Assembly: GCA_963692915.1 (NCBI GenBank)
Contig: OY843584.1
Location: forward strand, 928,001 to 992,000
Direction: 5' to 3'
Length of the DNA: 64,000 nt
DNA from: Cenarchaeum sp.
Lineage (GTDB): Archaea > Thermoproteota > Nitrososphaeria > Nitrososphaerales > Nitrosopumilaceae
Of this stretch, positions 27,981 to 37,256 are shown piece after piece. The notes below the pieces were generated by a model. That model ran no database searches and was not told the origin of the DNA. It saw nothing but the letters and a program-made list of their open reading frames with translations. Position 1 is the first letter of the stretch, and the number at the start of each line of letters is the position of its first letter. The position numbers and the translations under genes were made by a program.

Positions 27981-29151
27981 GGACAACCTTCCCTCCAACA
28001 ATCACTGCGCGCACTGCACGCGGAGTAGTTCGCGCGACTATTGCCGCATGAACGTCATGCGCGGGATCTATGTCAATGTCTGACATGTCAATGATTGCAC
28101 AGTCAGCGGCCATCCCCACAGAGATGGCGCCTATCTTGCGGCGCAGCATGCGTCCGGCGTTCACCGTTGCCATGCGCAGTATGTCAGATGGCCTGACTGC
28201 TGTGCGCGTGCGCGCCATCGTGGACTTCCATGCATAGTCCATCTCGGCGAGCATGTTCGGCGAGTTGAGCATGACATTGTCCGTTCCGAGGGCAACGTTG
28301 CATCCGGCGGCCATGAGGGACGCAATGTCTGGCGAGCCCTCGGCGAGCGTCGCGTTAGCCCGTGGGCACACGACGACGCCACGGGTGCGGCGCGCCACGG
28401 CGCGCATCTGTGCACGCGTGGCCTGCGTCATGTGGACTATGATGTGGGGGCGCGCGCGGAGGGCGCGTGGGACTTCGGACCGGCCCGTGAGGCGCCTCGA
28501 GAGGGCGTCTCCGGCGGCCGTCTCGGCGGCATGTATTGCGCGAATGCCCCGCGTGCGCGCATACGCGCATAGTGCGGCGTCGCTGTTCTCGTTGGCCCCG
28601 CTCAGGCCAATCCCGTCACACGAGGTCACGAGGCGCGCGAGGCGTCCCCTGCGCCCCGCAGGCGGCGGCGCGTTGGCGCGCACGCGCGCAGGCGAGTCAT
28701 ACTCCTCAAGACGCGCAAGTGCGACAGTGCGGATGGGAACGCGCGAGGTCGCGCGGCGCAGGAGCGCGACTCCGGCCTCGCCGCCCTCCCTAAAGTCGAC
28801 GAATGTCGTCGTGCCGCAGCGCAGCATCGAGGCAGCCGAGCGGGCCATATAGCGCACAAGTGTTGCAGGCGGCGTTGACTCTAGTATGCGCCTCTTTGCG
28901 CCGTGCACCGGATGTATGCGCGATGCGGCATCAAGACCGGCGCCGGCATCCTTTGCGACCGAGTCGCCGATATGCGTGTGCGCGTTTATGAGTCCGGGTA
29001 TGGCGATCAGTCCCTCACAGTCAGCCGAGCTATCGCGCACGCCACGTCGAATCCTAATCTCGGTGAACTTGCCGTGTGAGATACGTATGGACACGCCGCG
29101 TGCGTGGCGCAGCGATGGGCCGACGAGCGCGTCAATGTTGCGCAGGATCAA
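27967..29151 (-). CDS. Metal-dependent amidohydrolase in the riboflavin operon
   Basis: PGLINAHTH, IHAAET, CPRAN, ALGTDN. Confidence 0.88.
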   Translation of the reverse strand: MILRNIDALVGPSLRHARGVSIRISHGKFTEIRIRRGVRDSSADCEGLIAIPGLINAHTHIGDSVAKDAGAGLDAASRIHPVHGAKRRILESTPPATLVRYMARSAASMLRCGTTTFVDFREGGEAGVALLRRATSRVPIRTVALARLEEYDSPARVRANAPPPAGRRGRLARLVTSCDGIGLSGANENSDAALCAYARTRGIRAIHAAETAAGDALSRRLTGRSEVPRALRARPHIIVHMTQATRAQMRAVARRTRGVVVCPRANATLAEGSPDIASLMAAGCNVALGTDNVMLNSPNMLAEMDYAWKSTMARTRTAVRPSDILRMATVNAGRMLRRKIGAISVGMAADCAIIDMSDIDIDPAHDVHAAIVARTTPRAVRAVIVGGKVVHGRI

Positions 29152-29897
29152 GGTGCCTCATACACGCTGTCGGTTTTGCCATCCTTGCGCATACAGCGTA
29201 TCTCGTCAAGCGATCGCGTTGCCGCCGAGGCGGCCTTGCGCGCCGTAGAACCGCGGCCAATCCCGCAGTTGAGCCCCAAGCCGAGGCGGCGCGACACGTC
29301 AACAAAGTCCTGCGCGTCACTGCGAACCTTTTCAATGTCGGCTCCCGTGACGACCATAAAGTTGTCACCCCCCATGAAGAACGACATTGCGCCGCGCGAC
29401 ATGAAGAACTTTGACATCTCGGCGTACAGCGAGTATATCGATGACGTGATCTCGTACGGCGAGCTCTCGCGACGCCGCGCAGACAGGCCGTCGACGTCCA
29501 TGTGGAGTATTGTCAGGCCGCCTCCCCCGTCAGCGCACGTCTCGCCGCAGACGCGCGCGTCCTGCGGTGCCGCAAGCGATGCCCCGTGCGCAGCCCTGTT
29601 GGCATCTAGCGCGCCGGCGGCGCACCCAATGGCGGCGCGCAGGTCAATGTCGGCAAACCGTGGGGAGACCTCGCCAATTGCCGCGTCATGGTCGGCAACT
29701 GACATGCCGTTGGTCAGCGCAAAGAGCTCATCAGACCTGTTCTGGAAGACGAGCGCGCCTCGAGCCGAAAAGGCGTCCTGCAGCGAGGCATAGAGCGTGG
29801 CCTGCAGCGACTGGAGTCGGTGCTCGCGGTCGCTTCCGAGCTCTAGGGTCCACGGGCCGTATCCGGCAATCCTGACTATGCACACCTGCACGCTCAT
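29148..29897 (-). CDS. gch3: GTP cyclohydrolase III
   Basis: YGPWTLELGSDREHRLQ, FFMGGDNF. Confidence 0.92.
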   Translation of the reverse strand: MSVQVCIVRIAGYGPWTLELGSDREHRLQSLQATLYASLQDAFSARGALVFQNRSDELFALTNGMSVADHDAAIGEVSPRFADIDLRAAIGCAAGALDANRAAHGASLAAPQDARVCGETCADGGGGLTILHMDVDGLSARRRESSPYEITSSIYSLYAEMSKFFMSRGAMSFFMGGDNFMVVTGADIEKVRSDAQDFVDVSRRLGLGLNCGIGRGSTARKAASAATRSLDEIRCMRKDGKTDSVYEAP

Positions 29898-30310
29898 TTC
29901 AGGACTCCCGCAAGCTCGCCATGTGACTTGATCGCCGCATCTACTGCGTGCTCGGCAACGGGCCTGATCCGCGCGTACGCCTGCCGCTCGCGCATCGCCG
30001 GCCCCGTTATTCCCAGCGAGACGGGCTTTGAGCGCGCGATCGAGATGGCAAGGAGTGCCGAGGCCGTCGCGTGTGATATGACCTCATCATGCTTTGTCTG
30101 CCCCTTGATGACAGCCCCAAGCGCGACGACTGCATCAACGTCATCGCGCGCAAGGAGCGCATCGGCGACAGTCGGTATGTCAAATGTTCCGGACACGCTG
30201 CTCTCATGGACGATCGCCACGTCTCGTGACCTGGCGCGCTCGCGCGCGACATCTAGCATTCGAGACGATATCTCGGGATAGAACGTCGCGCTGACTATGG
30301 CGATCCTCAT
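29894..30310 (-). CDS. ribH: Lumazine synthase
   Basis: GTFDIP, LGAVIKGQTKHDEVI, KPVSLGI. Confidence 0.95.
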   Translation of the reverse strand: MRIAIVSATFYPEISSRMLDVARERARSRDVAIVHESSVSGTFDIPTVADALLARDDVDAVVALGAVIKGQTKHDEVISHATASALLAISIARSKPVSLGITGPAMRERQAYARIRPVAEHAVDAAIKSHGELAGVLK

Positions 30311-30981
30311 GCGTGATGCACCTCGGCGTGCGCAAGCAGGTCACGCGCATCAACGAACGGAATGGACTCGCGTTGGGCCAGGCGGCGCGCGCCGTCAGCC
30401 GAGAGCGCGGCATGCGTTCCAGAGTCCATCATCTCGCATATCGCCGCAGCCGGCGGCAGTCCGGCAAGCTGTGCAAGGTACACGGACATCTCTGTGTGGC
30501 CACGGCGCGCCGAGAGGAGTGCGGCATCCGCAATTAGGAGATGGACGTGGCCTGGCGCTCGAAACTCGGAGACAAACTCGCGTTGCGGCTCGGCGCTGTC
30601 GTACAGGCGCGCAAACTCGCGAATCGTGCAGGCCCTGTCCGTGTCGGTGATTCCCGTGTACGTCTTGCGATGATTCACCGATAGTGAAAATGACGGGCGG
30701 TCACCATATGGCGAGGACTCGGCGACCATTCCGAGCGTGTCATCATCTAACGAGGAGCGCAATATATCGTGCATAAAGCGCAGCCCGAGCCGGCCGGCCA
30801 TCTGCGCGTCGAGCGCAAGGCAAATGAGGCCACCGGCGCGCTCGCGCATCGTCGCCACGTGGTCTGCGCTTGCGTGGCCGGCGGCGACGACCATGTCAAC
30901 TTCGTCCTCGCGCCCCTCCGAGTCGTGCAGGAGCACAAACCCGCCGCGGCGAAGCGACTCGAGCGCATCGCCCAGATCCAT
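30307..30981 (-). CDS. ribB: 3,4-dihydroxy-2-butanone-4-phosphate synthase
   Basis: DSEGREDEVD, GLIC, TGITDTDRA, RRGHTE, ICEM. Confidence 0.95.
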   Translation of the reverse strand: MDLGDALESLRRGGFVLLHDSEGREDEVDMVVAAGHASADHVATMRERAGGLICLALDAQMAGRLGLRFMHDILRSSLDDDTLGMVAESSPYGDRPSFSLSVNHRKTYTGITDTDRACTIREFARLYDSAEPQREFVSEFRAPGHVHLLIADAALLSARRGHTEMSVYLAQLAGLPPAAAICEMMDSGTHAALSADGARRLAQRESIPFVDARDLLAHAEVHHA

Positions 30982-31015
30982 TGCGCGCGCTCGCATGATG
31001 AGGGTATTTCAAGCT

Positions 31016-31049
31016 TACCAAGATTTCGGTTATTACCACTATTTCGGTA
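31016..31049. promoter_or_regulatory. Tandem imperfect palindromes TACC-N8-GGT(T/A), 18-bp period; candidate RbkR-type operator
   Basis: TACCAAGATTTCGGTT (31016-31031) and TACCACTATTTCGGTA (31034-31049) directly upstream of the ribB TATA-like box. Confidence 0.65.
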
Positions 31050-31641
31050 GGTGGTGCGCAAGCGCATACTTTGCTAGCACGTCAGTCTCGACGTTGACTG
31101 CGTCTCCGAGCCCAAGGGAGCCGAGGTTTGTGATCTCTAGTGTGTGCGGGATGACATGGACGCGAATTCTAGTGCGGCCCCTGTGCGCAACAGTCATGCT
31201 CACGCCGTTTATGGCAACAGAGCCCCTAGTCGGAAGCTCGCGCGCCATTCGAGCCGGCACGTCAATTGACAGTATGGACTCATCATCGCGCCTCTCTATG
31301 CGCGCAAGCGTTCCGCGGCCATCGACATGACCTAGGACAAAGTGCCCCTCGACTCGCGCGCCGGCGCGCATGCTGCGCTCGACGTTTAGCGAGTCACCGG
31401 CCTTTACGCGGCCCAGTGACGTTAGTCGCGCAGTCTGGCCAATGACGTCAAAGGCGCACTTGCCGCCTGCGAGGCGGCGCGTTACAGTAAGGCAGACGCC
31501 GTCGAGCGCAACGCTCTGGCCGGTGGCCAGGCCAGATGCGCGCCGGCCAAGCTCGACGACCATCCGGAGCGCCTTACCGTCGCCCTTGCCCTTTGAGACA
31601 GAGGCCACCCTGGCCGTCCCCTCGACTATGCCTGTGAACAC
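31039..31641 (-). CDS. ribC: Riboflavin synthase, bacterial type
   Basis: MFTGIVE N-terminus, GVCLTV, NVERS, GHFVLGHVD, VNVETD. Confidence 0.95.
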   Translation of the reverse strand: MFTGIVEGTARVASVSKGKGDGKALRMVVELGRRASGLATGQSVALDGVCLTVTRRLAGGKCAFDVIGQTARLTSLGRVKAGDSLNVERSMRAGARVEGHFVLGHVDGRGTLARIERRDDESILSIDVPARMARELPTRGSVAINGVSMTVAHRGRTRIRVHVIPHTLEITNLGSLGLGDAVNVETDVLAKYALAHHLPK

Positions 31642-31794
31642 GGCAGACTCGCGAGGCGCGCTTGTATAAAATGATTTAGCCCCCTCAAGAACCAAAGAAT
31701 AAACTTAACATATCATAATTAGGGCAAATAGCGCAGAATCACGTGTTGACACACATAGTCATAATAAGTCACCACATAAAACAACAGCCAAGAT

Positions 31795-32274
31795 TTAACG
31801 ACGTGATCGAGGTTTTCGCGCATTGGAAAATGTATCATTACATCGTGTTGTTATAAGTCTATATCGTGTTGCTTTGGTGGATTTTTGCTTTAAAGATCTC
31901 ATCCTCACACTAGATCCAGGATGGGAAGGCGCCACTATAATTAGATAGATTTGATAATCGGCAGTAATTTGAGACTCTGCAAGGATTTGACGAACTATGT
32001 TTGCTCCAGCATAGAGCTGATCAAGGGTGTGGCGTATAGGATAATTTCTTCCTTTAATTTCAATTACGCCAATATGTAATAATTCAGTGTGATGAAATAT
32101 TATACAGTCGTTAATCACCCCAGTTTTCAATATACTTTTTTTGATTTGATCACAATTGAGAATTATGGAATTATTGCTAGAACGAAATTTGCAAGCGTGA
32201 ATCTTGCTAGTGCTTCGACAACAATCATCTCTAAACACGCTCCACCGAGCAGGGAGTGAGAAAGGAGTCATCAT
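31795..32274 (-). CDS. AT-rich hypothetical protein, PD-(D/E)XK nuclease-like
   Basis: NDCIIF...IGVIEIKG pattern; ATGA overlap with the ATPase stop. Confidence 0.6.
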   Translation of the reverse strand: MMTPFSLPARWSVFRDDCCRSTSKIHACKFRSSNNSIILNCDQIKKSILKTGVINDCIIFHHTELLHIGVIEIKGRNYPIRHTLDQLYAGANIVRQILAESQITADYQIYLIIVAPSHPGSSVRMRSLKQKSTKATRYRLITTRCNDTFSNARKPRSRR

Positions 32275-33785
32275 TGTTCAAGATATTGATCAATTTTCAG
32301 ATCTTCTTCGTACATTATCTCTGTAACGCGGTTAAATTCATCTTGTGGTATTCCGTAAGCAGCAGAATGATCCATTTCGTGAATAGTGTAGCCCCCACAA
32401 GAATCAGATTTAAATGTGTAAGGAGCAACATAATCATCGTCAATATAGTCGTTAACGTCATATCCAAGCTTTTTTCGTTGTTCGGGTTTTAATTTACTCA
32501 TTTTTACAAACATGCTGAGTTGTTCAAGAAAGAACACACTATGAGTTGTCAAAAGCACGCACACGCCACTGTTAATTAATCTGATTATGTGTTTAGCTAG
32601 CTTAGTTTGATTGGCCGGGTGCAAATGCGCTTCTGGTTCTTCAATAATTATCAGATCAGAATAGGGCAGTCTTTTCTGAATAAAAAGCTGTAGGGGGACG
32701 GTTTCTGTTATGCTCGACGAGGATCTGTTTAGCGGAATATTTATGCCTTTAATTTTAAATGAAAATCGCGGCAGTCCGATTTTTTGTTTTGACACAGATA
32801 TTCGACCTCCAAACATTTCCTCCATCATGGTAATGGCACTTTTTTGAGAAGCGGGCTGCTGTTTCCTAGTTGTTCCAATAAGAGATGCAATAAAGTCCGA
32901 CACAACACCATTAAACTGTTCAATATGAAGGAGGTCAGCTCCCCCATATTTTGCACTTTGAATAATGCTCGATGCTATCGTATTGGATGAAGACAGTATT
33001 CCAGCACGTGCGGCAGGAAGATAATAAGATTTGTGTAAAGAGGTATCAAACGAGTATGACATATGTAGCATAAGAGATACCAATGCAGACAATCCCAGAT
33101 TAGTAGATAGTTTAAGATCGGGGGAAAGGAAATGTAAATCATCATAGACTAGCCTATCTATGAAATCTACATGGTTTTTTGGTTGTGTGTGATGATCATG
33201 AAGTTTTATGATTGGTGCAGATTTAGGAGAGTGTTTAACAGCATATTGAATGTTATGGGGACGGAGTTTTATTGCGGGTGGTTTTGTTTTAAATATAGAA
33301 ATTTTCGCCTCTATCGGATGTGTTACTTGAATTGTAGAAGAGCGGGATCCTATACGCACAAGATCACGTAATTCAGAGCTAAAATTAGTTTTAAGAGTGT
33401 TAAAAAAATGATTGCCAAAGATGTGTGTGAGAGTGAGATCATAAATTTTATTGGAATGGGCAACTGGCACTTTGGAAAGTTCTTTAGACCTAGGAGTAGA
33501 TGAAACAATCTTGTTCATGCCGCTAACCAACTTTTGAAATTGACTTTGTTTAGATTGAGTATTAAGCCAGTCTTCAAACCCCCACGGAAGTAAATTAGCA
33601 TCTGGGGAACCAAGTAGCGAGTGAGCCAGCGTGGCAGCATATGTCTTGCCCGAGTTGTTTGGGCCCACAAATATTGTCAGTGGCTTTATCTTGAACTTGC
33701 CCTTGGATATCGGGCCAAAATTGGTGATCTCTACCTCTAGGGGCACATACGGCTGTGCGGGAGCTGACACCTTTTTCTTGGCCAT
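32271..33785 (-). CDS. ABC-type ATPase (AAA_15/AAA_21-like), AT-rich
   Basis: ITNFGPI, GPNNSGKT, YLPAARAG, signature SSS, IIEEPEAHLHP, TTHS. Confidence 0.9.
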   Translation of the reverse strand: MAKKKVSAPAQPYVPLEVEITNFGPISKGKFKIKPLTIFVGPNNSGKTYAATLAHSLLGSPDANLLPWGFEDWLNTQSKQSQFQKLVSGMNKIVSSTPRSKELSKVPVAHSNKIYDLTLTHIFGNHFFNTLKTNFSSELRDLVRIGSRSSTIQVTHPIEAKISIFKTKPPAIKLRPHNIQYAVKHSPKSAPIIKLHDHHTQPKNHVDFIDRLVYDDLHFLSPDLKLSTNLGLSALVSLMLHMSYSFDTSLHKSYYLPAARAGILSSSNTIASSIIQSAKYGGADLLHIEQFNGVVSDFIASLIGTTRKQQPASQKSAITMMEEMFGGRISVSKQKIGLPRFSFKIKGINIPLNRSSSSITETVPLQLFIQKRLPYSDLIIIEEPEAHLHPANQTKLAKHIIRLINSGVCVLLTTHSVFFLEQLSMFVKMSKLKPEQRKKLGYDVNDYIDDDYVAPYTFKSDSCGGYTIHEMDHSAAYGIPQDEFNRVTEIMYEEDLKIDQYLEQ

Positions 33786-33832
33786 GACGCAGGAGCAAAC
33801 AGGGGGCACATTTATGAATTTAGCACATCCAC

Positions 33833-33855
33833 GCCTAGCGCCCCCCACGCTAGGC
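33833..33855. promoter_or_regulatory. Perfect inverted repeat GCCTAGCG-N7-CGCTAGGC between divergent promoters
   Basis: Seen directly; function unknown. Confidence 0.4.
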
Positions 33856-33893
33856 AAGTTAGAAATAGACGGGGCACGAAGGCGTGGATCATC

Positions 33894-34922
33894 ATGGAAA
33901 AGATGCGCGCGATGGTGCTCAAAAAGTGCGCCCCCATCGAGACCAACCCGCTAGAGCTGACCGAGATATCACGCCACCGCGTGACTAGACCCGTCGACGT
34001 CCTTGTAAAGATAGATGCGTGCGGCGTGTGCCACTCGCAGCTCCACAGCATAGAGGGTGACTGGAAGGACCTAGGCATACCGCCAAGCCTTCCGACGGTG
34101 CCGGGCCACGAGGTCATCGGAACCGTCGTAGAGGTGGGCAACGACGTGGCAGCAATTGCAGTAGGCGACAGGGTCGGCATATCGCCGCTCCTCGAGTCGT
34201 GCCTGGCGTGCCGCTACTGCAACGAGGGCAAGGAGCAGCTCTGCGAGTCGATGAAGGTCCTCGGCGAGTCGATGAACGGTGGGTATGCCGAGTATGTCAC
34301 AGTCTCCGAAAGGTTTGCCACGCGCGTCCCGCAGACCATGAAGCCCTCGTATGCGGCACCGCTCTTTTGCGCCGGCGTGACTGCGTACGGCGCAGTCAGG
34401 GCGTGCGACGCAAAGGAGGGCGACAAGGTCGGCATATTCGGGATTGGCGGCGTTGGCCACATGGCAGTCCAGTTCGCAAAGAGAGAGGGCCTCGAGGTCA
34501 CGGCAGTCTCGCGCAACGCCGGACACCTCAGCGTGGCATCAAGACTCGGCGCCGACAGAACAGTCGGGTACTCGGGGAGGGATGCGACATCAACAGAGGT
34601 CGCCTCTCGCGGACACCTTGATTCTGCCATGGTCTTTGCGCCCAATGACGACGTCACGCGCGAGGCGCTCGCGTCGATAAAGAGGGGAGGAACACTCGTA
34701 GTCGCCACCGTGGGCGGCATTCCAGACTTTGTGGCATTTGAGGAAAAGACCGTGCGCGGCACGCTCATCGGATCGAGGGCAGACATGGCCAACGTTGTCA
34801 GGATTGCGCACGAGGACCACATCGAGGTCGTCCACGAGACGTTCCCCCTAGAGCGCGCAAACGAGGCGCTCCAAAAGCTAAAGAACTCGAGAGTCGAGGC
34901 GAGGGCCGTACTTGTCCCATAA
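33894..34922 (+). CDS. Zn-dependent alcohol dehydrogenase
   Basis: CGVCHS, PGHE, CLACRYC...C, FCAGVT, GIGGVG. Confidence 0.93.
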   Translation: MEKMRAMVLKKCAPIETNPLELTEISRHRVTRPVDVLVKIDACGVCHSQLHSIEGDWKDLGIPPSLPTVPGHEVIGTVVEVGNDVAAIAVGDRVGISPLLESCLACRYCNEGKEQLCESMKVLGESMNGGYAEYVTVSERFATRVPQTMKPSYAAPLFCAGVTAYGAVRACDAKEGDKVGIFGIGGVGHMAVQFAKREGLEVTAVSRNAGHLSVASRLGADRTVGYSGRDATSTEVASRGHLDSAMVFAPNDDVTREALASIKRGGTLVVATVGGIPDFVAFEEKTVRGTLIGSRADMANVVRIAHEDHIEVVHETFPLERANEALQKLKNSRVEARAVLVP

Positions 34923-35151
34923 GCCAGCGCGCGGCTCGCCGGCCGAGCGCATGCGAGAGGAGCTCGACGCGGTGCGCTCAAAGGCCAACGCGCTAGAGGC
35001 GGTGGCCACTGACGAGTTCCAGCTAGGCGTCGCGCGCGCGATTCGCGCCCTAGCCGAGCATCAGATCCACACGCTAGAGGAGAGCGAGCACCTCAAGAAG
35101 GCCATGGACCTGCTCCTAGAGCAGATCTTCAAGGCGCAGCGCAGGGACTAG
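34912..35151 (+). CDS. Small coiled-coil hypothetical protein
   Basis: Helical ORF overlapping the ADH stop, host-like codon usage. Confidence 0.7.
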   Translation: MSHKPARGSPAERMREELDAVRSKANALEAVATDEFQLGVARAIRALAEHQIHTLEESEHLKKAMDLLLEQIFKAQRRD

Positions 35152-35155
35152 TGCG

Positions 35156-35605
35156 CTACCCGTGTATGTTTACCGTGACAGAGGCCCGTGCGGCCTCGCC
35201 GTCCCCCGATGCGCCCTCTGAGACGATGCGGTACGTTCCCGGATGGACCGGCGTTCCATCAGGGCGCCCCTGATCCCAGGTAAACTCTACAGAGTCGCGC
35301 GGCCCTAGTGGGCCGGCCGTGTCTTGCGGTGGTGCGGCATATACATGCGTGCCATCAAGGAGCATCACCTCGAGGCCATAGTGCGTCCCGTCGGCAAACT
35401 CGACAGTCACGCTTCCCGTGTTTATGAGCCTAGCATGGATATCCTCGCCGAGGCCATGGTCGGCGCTCTCCACTAGGAGCGACAGCGAGACGCCCTCGAC
35501 GTACACCGGTGCGGCATCGCGCGCATATGGCGACATTATCACGCCCAGTGCGGCCGCGACTGCGACACCGGCGGCCGTTGCGATCGCAAGTCCGCGCGGT
35601 ATCAC
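35156..35605 (-). CDS. Membrane-anchored beta-sandwich hypothetical protein
   Basis: N-terminal TM; NTGSVTV...FTWDQ...PGTYRI Ig-like pattern; GTGA overlap with cbf5. Confidence 0.7.
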   Translation of the reverse strand: MIPRGLAIATAAGVAVAAALGVIMSPYARDAAPVYVEGVSLSLLVESADHGLGEDIHARLINTGSVTVEFADGTHYGLEVMLLDGTHVYAAPPQDTAGPLGPRDSVEFTWDQGRPDGTPVHPGTYRIVSEGASGDGEAARASVTVNIHG

Positions 35606-36702
35606 GTGGTGGCGCCTCCGGCCTCGGCGGCAGGCTCGCGCGTGCCGTCCGGCTCGCCGTCCCCTGCGCCATCCGGTGCGCCGTCACTTGGGCTGGCCGG
35701 CTCGCCGTCTTTAGTCGTCGTGCGCGTGCGCCATTGCTTGGGGTACGTGCCGGGCTTCATTATGATCCTGTTTGTGCGAAACGCGTTTCCGTGCGAGGCA
35801 TCGGCAATCTCGCGCGCTCCAAGCTCGGCAGAGGCGAGGGCGACGACCTCGCCCTTTTGCGTGTATACTCCCACCGTGTCCCCCGCGTGGAGGTCAGATG
35901 AGACGCGCAGGACCCCGGGAACGGCAAGCTGTGCGCCATGGCACAGCGCGTCGACTGCCGAGTCGCGAATGACGACGGACTTTAGGCCCTCAAAGGTGTC
36001 CTCGACCGGACGGATCATGCGCACGAGGCGCGCAGAGTCGCCACTCTCCTTCCACCTCGCGTGCGCGTCGGCGAGCTCGTGCATCGTGACGAGGCCGCAC
36101 GTGCGCTCCTCAAAGTGGTCCACGCGAGTGCGGCGCAGCTCTATCATTGTCGCGCCGGGGCCCATGAGCTCCCCCATGTCATAGAATAGCTTGCGTATGT
36201 ACGTGCCGGCCTCGCACACGACGCGCAGCAGCGCAAGCTGGCCGCGCCGCTCGAGGAGGTCCATCTCGTGGATCGTGCGCGTGCGCGTGCGCCTGCTCAC
36301 CGCAGAGCGTTGCGGCGGCTTTTGGTATATCTCGCCGGTGAACAGGGCCATCGTTTCTTCGAGTGAGTGCTTGCCCTCGCCGTGGATGCGCCCTAGCGCA
36401 TGGTACTCCTTTGGCCCGAGGAGGAGGACGCCGAGGGCCTTTGTCGCCTCGCCGAGGCCCAGCGGCAGGACGCCGGAGACCTGCGGATCCAGCGTGCCGC
36501 TGTGGCCGATCTTTGGCAGGTCGAGCATGCGCTTTGTCCACGCGACGACCTCGTGGCTAGTCGGCCCCGGTGGCTTGTCAAGGAGTATGAGGCCATAGTC
36601 GAGCATCTGCTCGACTGTCCTTGACTCTGGCCTCGTCCCGTACGATTCGTCCGTCTCGTCCTCGTCGATGACCATGAGGCCCTCGAGGCGCGACGGGCTC
36701 AA
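35602..36702 (-). CDS. cbf5: H/ACA pseudouridine synthase Cbf5
   Basis: DKPPGPTSHEV, GHSGTLDP, GTYIRKL, PUA domain. Confidence 0.95.
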   Translation of the reverse strand: MSPSRLEGLMVIDEDETDESYGTRPESRTVEQMLDYGLILLDKPPGPTSHEVVAWTKRMLDLPKIGHSGTLDPQVSGVLPLGLGEATKALGVLLLGPKEYHALGRIHGEGKHSLEETMALFTGEIYQKPPQRSAVSRRTRTRTIHEMDLLERRGQLALLRVVCEAGTYIRKLFYDMGELMGPGATMIELRRTRVDHFEERTCGLVTMHELADAHARWKESGDSARLVRMIRPVEDTFEGLKSVVIRDSAVDALCHGAQLAVPGVLRVSSDLHAGDTVGVYTQKGEVVALASAELGAREIADASHGNAFRTNRIIMKPGTYPKQWRTRTTTKDGEPASPSDGAPDGAGDGEPDGTREPAAEAGGATT

Positions 36703-37256
36703 GCGTGCGCCTCCACTGCGCGCACGGCCGCCTCGATGACTGCGTCGGCGTCAAGCGAGTCCGTCTGTATCACGCTGTCAAAGACTGACAGGTCGGCCCC
36801 AAAGTCAAACCCATAGAGGCGCTTGTAGAGGGCGACGTTGGACCTGTAACGCCTCTGCGTGACGGCGAGGGCCTCGTCGTGGTCCATGCTGTCGCGCGCT
36901 CTCATGCGCCTGGCGCTGCTCTCATGCGAGCCGGCAAGCCATATCTTTGTCCCGTCCTTTACGAGCCAGGGGAGCGTATAGCTCGTGATGACTGCGCCGC
37001 CGGCATCAAATATCTCGGCGAGCCGGCCGTCGACCTCGCGGTCAAACTTGTCATCGTGCATGCGCTGCTCAAGAAACGCCATGCCCTCTGGCCTGTCCCA
37101 CCAGTCATCGCCGCCGCCAGCCGAGCCGCTGCGCTGCGCTATCTCCTTGAGGACATCGCCGCCGCTCACGTGGCGCATGCCGAACTTGCTGGCGAGGGCG
37201 AGGGCGACTGTGGTCTTTCCGACAGCGGGCGGGCCTGAAATCACTATGGATCTCAT
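36699..37256 (-). CDS. cmk: Cytidylate kinase
   Basis: ISGPPAVGKTT; operon position. Confidence 0.88.
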   Translation of the reverse strand: MRSIVISGPPAVGKTTVALALASKFGMRHVSGGDVLKEIAQRSGSAGGGDDWWDRPEGMAFLEQRMHDDKFDREVDGRLAEIFDAGGAVITSYTLPWLVKDGTKIWLAGSHESSARRMRARDSMDHDEALAVTQRRYRSNVALYKRLYGFDFGADLSVFDSVIQTDSLDADAVIEAAVRAVEAHA

